DNA of 64,000 nucleotides, from the NCBI GenBank assembly GCA_965243025.1, contig CBDETY010000003.1, positions 6,304,001 to 6,368,000 of the forward strand, written 5' to 3'. Below are positions 58,977 to 64,000 of the stretch, in pieces. The notes beneath the pieces were generated by a model. It was given only the letters and a program-made list of their open reading frames with translations, ran no database searches and had not been told where the DNA came from. The stretch's first letter is position 1, and every line of letters begins with the position of its first letter. The DNA is from Candidatus Latescibacterota bacterium (lineage in GTDB: Bacteria > Latescibacterota > UBA2968 > UBA8231). The position numbers and the translations under genes are program-made.

Positions 58977-60428
58977 TTGAAACCGGATGAGGAGAGGATC
59001 ATCTCCGACGAAATGGCCCTCGGCTACCACCTGATGCACCCGGGAGGAGACAGCGCTCCGGGCGACCCCAACCTCGCCTACTGCCTCGACGGCACCTACC
59101 ACCTGCACTACATCCTGCAGCACCCCTGGCAGGACGGCAACTCCTTTTCCTTCGTCCACGTCACCAGCCCCGACATGCTGCACTGGACGTGGCAGCCCAC
59201 GAAGCTGCAGCCCTCCTTTACCGGCCACGGCACCTTCAGCGGCACCGGGTTCATCACCAGGGAGGGAAGGCCCGCCGCCATCTACGCCGGCCTGTCGGAT
59301 CCGAGGCACTCCTGGATCGCGGTCGCCAGGGACAGGCAGCTCAGCGGCTGGGAGAAACCCTTTCCGATACTTCCCGGAGGGGGCCCCGGCGGAGCCGACC
59401 TTCCCCTGACTATGGACCCCGACTGCTTCCTCGTCGACGACACCTACTACGCCTTTTCCGCGGCCGACGATGTTCAGCTGTGCAAGTCGACGGACCTCGC
59501 AAACTGGACCTACGTCGGGCCCTTCATGCAGCGGGACATGCCGGACGTCGCCATCGGCGAGGACGTGTCGTGCGCCAACTTCTTCCCGATCGGGAACAAG
59601 TGGATGCTGCTGTGCATCAGCCACACGATCGGTTGCCGCTACTACCTCGGCGACTGGGACGCCGAGGCCGAGCAGTTCGTCCCCGACGCGCACGCGCGCA
59701 TGAACTGGAAGCATCCCGGACAGTCGCTCACCGATCCTCAGTACCAGGACTATTTCGCGCCGGAGAGCGTGCTGACCGCCGACGGCCGCCGCGTCATGTG
59801 GTCCTGGCTCAGAACCCTCGATCCGGAGATCATGCTCAAGTCGATCCAGTCGCTGCCGCGCGAGCTCAGCCTCGACGGGGACGGCAGCCTGCGCATCCGA
59901 CCGTTGCGGGAGCTCGAATCGCTCCGCTGCGACGGGCAGGTGTTCGACGACGTGGTGGTGACCAGGCCCGAGGAGCTGCACGTCGCCGAGACCGAAGCGG
60001 ACGCCTTCGAGGTGCGCATCGCGGTGGACAGGGCGGCGGCCGAGCGCCGGCGCTTCGGCTTCCGGCTGTTCGCCGGCGGCGACGACGAAGGCCTCCTGGT
60101 GCTGATTCGTCCCGAGTCCGGCACCATCTGCCTCGGCGAAACCGAGGCGCCGTTCGCCGTCGCCGATCTTCCCGAAGGAGAGGATGTCGAGCTGCGCATC
60201 TTCGCCGACAAGTACCTCGTCGAGGTCTTCGTCAACGGCCGCCAGGCGGCATTGACCGCCCACATGACCTGGCGGGACGGCGGCAGGGGTCTGAACGCAT
60301 ACGCCTTCTTCGGCTGGGGCAACGACCCGGTCAGGATCCGCAGAATCGAGATATGGAAGCTCAAACCGACAAACCAGGGGTTTCTGGAAGCGCGCGAGAA
60401 CCGCATCTGGGAGCCCGACTTTGCCTGA
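58977..60428 (+). CDS. Glycoside hydrolase family 32-like protein
   Basis: YHL, GDPN, YHLHY, H.TS.D..HW, FSG, MDP, YAP-like YFAPES, QSLPREL, LRIF.D...VEVF.N. Confidence 0.82.
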   Translation: MKPDEERIISDEMALGYHLMHPGGDSAPGDPNLAYCLDGTYHLHYILQHPWQDGNSFSFVHVTSPDMLHWTWQPTKLQPSFTGHGTFSGTGFITREGRPAAIYAGLSDPRHSWIAVARDRQLSGWEKPFPILPGGGPGGADLPLTMDPDCFLVDDTYYAFSAADDVQLCKSTDLANWTYVGPFMQRDMPDVAIGEDVSCANFFPIGNKWMLLCISHTIGCRYYLGDWDAEAEQFVPDAHARMNWKHPGQSLTDPQYQDYFAPESVLTADGRRVMWSWLRTLDPEIMLKSIQSLPRELSLDGDGSLRIRPLRELESLRCDGQVFDDVVVTRPEELHVAETEADAFEVRIAVDRAAAERRRFGFRLFAGGDDEGLLVLIRPESGTICLGETEAPFAVADLPEGEDVELRIFADKYLVEVFVNGRQAALTAHMTWRDGGRGLNAYAFFGWGNDPVRIRRIEIWKLKPTNQGFLEARENRIWEPDFA

Positions 60429-60492
60429 GAGTCGGCGTCTACGATCCGGCCCTGTCCGGAGGGGGCGGAGGACTAAAAGGGGAGTAAGTACC

Positions 60493-61128
60493 ATGAGACC
60501 CGTAATTTTTTTGCTGTTTGGCTTGTTGGCCGCGTCCTCCACCTTGGTGCAGGCGAAGGCCGAACCGGAGGAAGGAGTCCGCTGGGCCCTGGGACTGGAT
60601 TTACCCCGGATGGATGGCATCAGCCTTTGGAGAGTGGGGCCTGACCGGGCCTGGGGCTTGGCTCTGACTCGTGCGGATTACACACACAACAATGTCACCG
60701 AGCCATACACCTACCGGGATAAGGACGGGAAACTGAAAAGAAACGACGAGGGCGATTTCCGGCTGGCCAGCCTGGTCGGTTCCTTTACGGTCCAATGGGT
60801 GGGCCCATCCTCGGGGGACGTGGCCGCGTTCACGTTTGGCACACTGCTGGGCGGCTATAACTATGTGCACTGGCCCAACTGGGACCAGGAAGAACGCACC
60901 CGCGTGTTTTACTCCGCAGGCCTGAAGGGAGGGATTGGCGTGGCCTGGAAGCCATTCGAACGCGTCGGGCTGTTCGTTTCCCAAGGAATCGAGGTCCAGT
61001 TCAAAAAGAACGACTTCCCCAGTTACAAGACCGTTGCCAGCCTGCCTCACGGCCTGACCTACTATCGGAGCGACACCTGGTCCGCAAGTTTGTCGGAGCC
61101 TGGGGTGGTGGCATTCTGGATGTTCTAA
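60493..61128 (+). CDS. Hypothetical exported protein, probable outer-membrane beta-barrel
   Basis: AGGGGAG RBS, signal peptide, amphipathic aromatic-rich strands, terminal FWMF. Confidence 0.65.
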   Translation: MRPVIFLLFGLLAASSTLVQAKAEPEEGVRWALGLDLPRMDGISLWRVGPDRAWGLALTRADYTHNNVTEPYTYRDKDGKLKRNDEGDFRLASLVGSFTVQWVGPSSGDVAAFTFGTLLGGYNYVHWPNWDQEERTRVFYSAGLKGGIGVAWKPFERVGLFVSQGIEVQFKKNDFPSYKTVASLPHGLTYYRSDTWSASLSEPGVVAFWMF

Positions 61129-61214
61129 AAGGATCAGCACTGGGTCAGAATCAGGACCAGTGCCAGCGTGGCGAAGGGGGGAAAGGCGGCCGTGGTGTTG
61201 CCGGTTCCAAGTCA

Positions 61215-61610
61215 ATGATGCCGAACGCGCATGAAACGGTGCAGGCGTATTTTGACGCCCTTGTCGTTGGTGATGCCGAAACCATCATCGCGATGATGGT
61301 CCCTGCCTCTCACTTTGTTAAAATAGGTACCGACGCTGACGAAGTTGTCGAGGGAAGCTCAGAGATCCCGGCGTATTACCGGAACCACGCCGCGAGTACA
61401 GAAGATTTCACCATCGAGTTTATAAACCTCGACGTGCAGGAACGAGACAACGTCGCGTGGTTCTACACGCGCCAGGTCTGGCGGCTGAAATGGCAGGGCA
61501 CGAGAGAGGAGTTCGTGATGCGAATGACCGGTGTCCTGGAAAAAGTTGACGAGCTGTGGAAGTTTGCACAGATCCACGCCTCTATGGGCGTTCCTGCACC
61601 TCTGAAATGA
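61215..61610 (+). CDS. NTF2/SnoaL-like protein
   Basis: IGTD..E...G, VAW, R.TGVLEK....WK..Q.HAS. Confidence 0.85.
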   Translation: MMPNAHETVQAYFDALVVGDAETIIAMMVPASHFVKIGTDADEVVEGSSEIPAYYRNHAASTEDFTIEFINLDVQERDNVAWFYTRQVWRLKWQGTREEFVMRMTGVLEKVDELWKFAQIHASMGVPAPLK

Positions 61611-61653
61611 GAAACCGGTGAGGGAGGGAGGTCTAACTCAGACAGATTGCAAG

Positions 61654-61925
61654 TTATCTAAACAAGTCAGCATGAGTACCGGTGCGCTCAAAAATGATGT
61701 CGTCCCCGTCCAGTTGTAAATGAGTAACCAGTCCGATTCAATATGGCATTCACGACGGCCGACGTAATTTCCTACGAGCGGATGATCGAAATAGCGGTCA
61801 TCAAGCCGCTTTCCCTCAATCAGGAGCCGCAGTACTGTCTTGATTTTCTCAAGGTCCTTCCCTCTCCGTTGAGATCGTTTAAGATCCCTTTCAAAGCGCT
61901 TGGAATAAAAAGGGTGCGGCATCAA
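61654..61925 (-). pseudogene. yafQ: YafQ toxin with 1-nt deletion near the 3' end
   Basis: F.RDLKR..RRGKDL.K, DHPL.GNY.G.RECHI..DWLLIY. The canonical tail LDGDDIIFERTGTHADLFR* lies in another frame after ~61714. Confidence 0.8.
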
Positions 61926-62182
61926 ATGTTGAGCTTCTTGAACATGTCATCAGCGTCTTCACACTCGACCAATTCTTCCCCTCGATCCGTCTTCTCAAAG
62001 ACGTCGCGGGTTTCCTCATTGGGTAGCTCTACGGGAAACGGCAGTCCGTTGCGCAGTTCCATTTGCTGAAAGAAAAGGGTAATTGCCTGAGTCGTAGTCA
62101 GACCGAGCTTGCTCAATAGCACCTCGACATTTCGCTTCAGCTCTGGATTGATACGTGCCCGGACAACCTCCGTCTTTGCCAT
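61922..62182 (-). CDS. dinJ: RelB/DinJ family antitoxin
   Basis: VRARI.PELK, LGLT.TQAI.LF, GLPF.V..PNEET; AGGAG RBS. Confidence 0.88.
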   Translation of the reverse strand: MAKTEVVRARINPELKRNVEVLLSKLGLTTTQAITLFFQQMELRNGLPFPVELPNEETRDVFEKTDRGEELVECEDADDMFKKLNI

Positions 62183-62203
62183 AATAGTCTCCTTCCTCGT
62201 CTG

Positions 62204-62232
62204 ACCGTAGCACGTTTGGGCTACAATGTCAA
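62204..62232 (-). promoter_or_regulatory. dinJ-yafQ promoter with inverted-repeat operator
   Basis: TTGACA-17-TACGGT; GTAGC-N8-GCTAC overlaps the spacer and -10. Confidence 0.6.
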
Positions 62233-62322
62233 GAGGGTGATCTACGAGCCCGTCGCACCGAATCGTTCGGGAATGCTCCGGGCATCGTAGCAAAGGATTT
62301 CGTCCTGCGGTCGTATCTCCTC

Positions 62323-63120
62323 CTATCTCACCCAGTGGTGCAGCAGCGGCTTGGCCCCGTCGGGCAGCGAGTCGTACACCTCCTGCGTCATGGGGAAGAC
62401 GAGGTTCGCCTCGGGCTTGCCCTCGTCGTCGACCATGTCCTCGCGCTCGGGCGTGCCGGGAACGAGGACGTTGACGTTCAGCCACCACGGCGCATACCGG
62501 ACCGTGAGGCCGGCACGCACCTCGTTCGTCCCGTTGGTGGGCACGGCGTGCCACATCCGGCTGTCGAATATCAGTACGCTGCCCGGGTCGCCTGTCGCCT
62601 GGATGCGGCTCGGGTGGTCGGACAGGTGGTCTTCTCCGTAGGCCGGGGTCCAGTTGTTCGGGATTCGATGGCTTCCCGGCACCAGCCACGTGCCGCCGTT
62701 TTCCTGCGTGAACGGCGAGAGCATGAAGATCACCGTCAGCAGCATGGGCGTGTCTGGGTACGGCGCCTCGATGGTGGCGGCGTGTTTCTGGTTGAACGGC
62801 CAGTCTGAGTGCCATCCCTGGGGACTGCTGCCCGGATGCCTCACAACGGGCGTGGACACGGTGATCTTGACGTGCCTGCCCCACAGCGCCTCGGCGACGC
62901 CCACAATCCGCCGGTCGCTCACGTACGGCGCCAGCGACTGGTTGATGGTGAAGAAGCTGCCGGCGACGCGTCGCTTCCATTCAGGGGACGCCGATCCGGC
63001 TTTCTCGATGGTCGCGAGTACGCCCTGTCTGAGTCCGGCCACCTCGCCACCCGGTATGATGCCGGGGACGACTGCCCATCCGTCTTCCCTGACGCGCGTA
63101 ACCGTCTGTTCGATGCCCAT
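62323..63120 (-). CDS. PhyH family dioxygenase
   Basis: EDGW.VV, GWHSDWP, F..ENGGT..VPGSH, G.VLIFDSR.WH...N...R. Confidence 0.88.
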   Translation of the reverse strand: MGIEQTVTRVREDGWAVVPGIIPGGEVAGLRQGVLATIEKAGSASPEWKRRVAGSFFTINQSLAPYVSDRRIVGVAEALWGRHVKITVSTPVVRHPGSSPQGWHSDWPFNQKHAATIEAPYPDTPMLLTVIFMLSPFTQENGGTWLVPGSHRIPNNWTPAYGEDHLSDHPSRIQATGDPGSVLIFDSRMWHAVPTNGTNEVRAGLTVRYAPWWLNVNVLVPGTPEREDMVDDEGKPEANLVFPMTQEVYDSLPDGAKPLLHHWVR

Positions 63121-63158
63121 GGCGCATCGCCGGGCAAGCCGCCGCCTCGAGGGTTCTG

Positions 63159-64000
63159 TCAAGACCGCGTCGAGGTCATGACCGGCCGGTGGGGCGACCT
63201 GCTCTCGTCGGTAGTCTCCATGGTCATGAGCTGGATGATGTCGTTGCTGGTGACCGCGCCCAGGAACCTCTCCGAATCCCTTTCCACGACGGGCATGACG
63301 GAAAGAGAACTCTCCGACATGCGCTGCAGCACGTCTTCGACATGCTCGTCAGGCCAGGCCAACGGGGTCTGGCGGCGTACCACGGCGTCGAGCCGGGTCT
63401 TGCCCCAGGCGTCCTTGGGCAGGTAGCGGAGCATTTCCAGGGACACGATCCCGACCAGCGCTTCCTCGTCCGCCACGACGTAGTGGGGCTGGTGCGGAAC
63501 GATCCACTGATCCGTGAAGTCGCGCACTGTGACCGAAGGCCCCGGATGCGGATGCGAGCGGTCCAGAATGTCATCGATCCTGATGTCTTCCAGGGCGAAG
63601 CGGACTACTCCCAACGGAATGTCGTCAAGTTGCGCCGGCAGGTCGGTCCTCTGGCTGGCCCGGCCCACCGCGAAATTGATCACCGCCGGCATGAAAAGGA
63701 TGTAGCAGAACATGACCAGCACCAGGAATGAGAAAACCACCTCGTCGATGATTCCCGAATCCCACATGACCAGCAACAGCGCGATTTCAGCCACTCCCTT
63801 GCCCATCAGCCCGGTGGCCACCGCATAGGGAACGGCGAGGCGGGACACGTACGCGCCGATGAAGGCGCCGGTGAAGTTGCCGAGCAACGGGATCAGGGCC
63901 AACCCCGCCATGGCTCCCAGCGGCAAGGTTGCGAAGGTGAAGCTGAAGCTCAATCCGGCTGAAGCGAAGAACAGGGGCACGAAGAACCCCTCGGCCACGC
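63159..64000 (-). CDS. Cation:proton antiporter (CPA2-like) with C-terminal CBS domains, 5' end outside the window
   Basis: GFFVPLFFASAGL, GLMGKGVAEI, and CBS-type LVGIVS...MPVV...LGAVT. Confidence 0.8.
   Translation of the reverse strand, partial: VAEGFFVPLFFASAGLSFSFTFATLPLGAMAGLALIPLLGNFTGAFIGAYVSRLAVPYAVATGLMGKGVAEIALLLVMWDSGIIDEVVFSFLVLVMFCYILFMPAVINFAVGRASQRTDLPAQLDDIPLGVVRFALEDIRIDDILDRSHPHPGPSVTVRDFTDQWIVPHQPHYVVADEEALVGIVSLEMLRYLPKDAWGKTRLDAVVRRQTPLAWPDEHVEDVLQRMSESSLSVMPVVERDSERFLGAVTSNDIIQLMTMETTDESRSPHRPVMTSTRS

Overview
A 64-kb GC-rich bacterial chromosomal segment. Two secreted proteins with 'YPNPxN...K(V/L)MLLR' T9SS/FlgD-like C-termini, a DUF6785 membrane protein and eight phytanoyl-CoA-dioxygenase (PhyH) paralogues suggest an FCB-group organism such as Latescibacterota (inference). 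The backbone has carbohydrate and housekeeping genes (GH4, GH32, NDP-sugar transferase, CopA, eukaryote-type HisA, RsmD, Ppx/GppA, two TonB-dependent receptors) and tRNA-Glu(CTC) with a consensus promoter and terminator. Accessory DNA includes: (i) an Ssp-type DNA phosphorothioation (PT) operon (sspA-sspB-internally deleted sspC-sspD) in which a frameshifted PT-binding SBD-HNH endonuclease occupies the usual sspE position, which is the best candidate for an undescribed system variant; (ii) four type II toxin-antitoxin modules; (iii) an ~11-kb run of small, mostly co-oriented cassette-like genes (SET, ankyrin, AAC(3), Map, NUDIX, HIT, PPase, GNAT, Lnu-like, DUF4037, GFA). Unexplained signals are a ~110-bp degenerate tandem repeat (9.46-9.89 kb), a five-hairpin structured-RNA candidate (29.15-29.35 kb), a five-fold ~100-aa repeat domain in a large metalloprotease, and a PhyH with a halogenase-like HxA motif. 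No CRISPR array, rRNA, integrase or transposase was seen. All family calls come from motif recognition by eye, not database searches.
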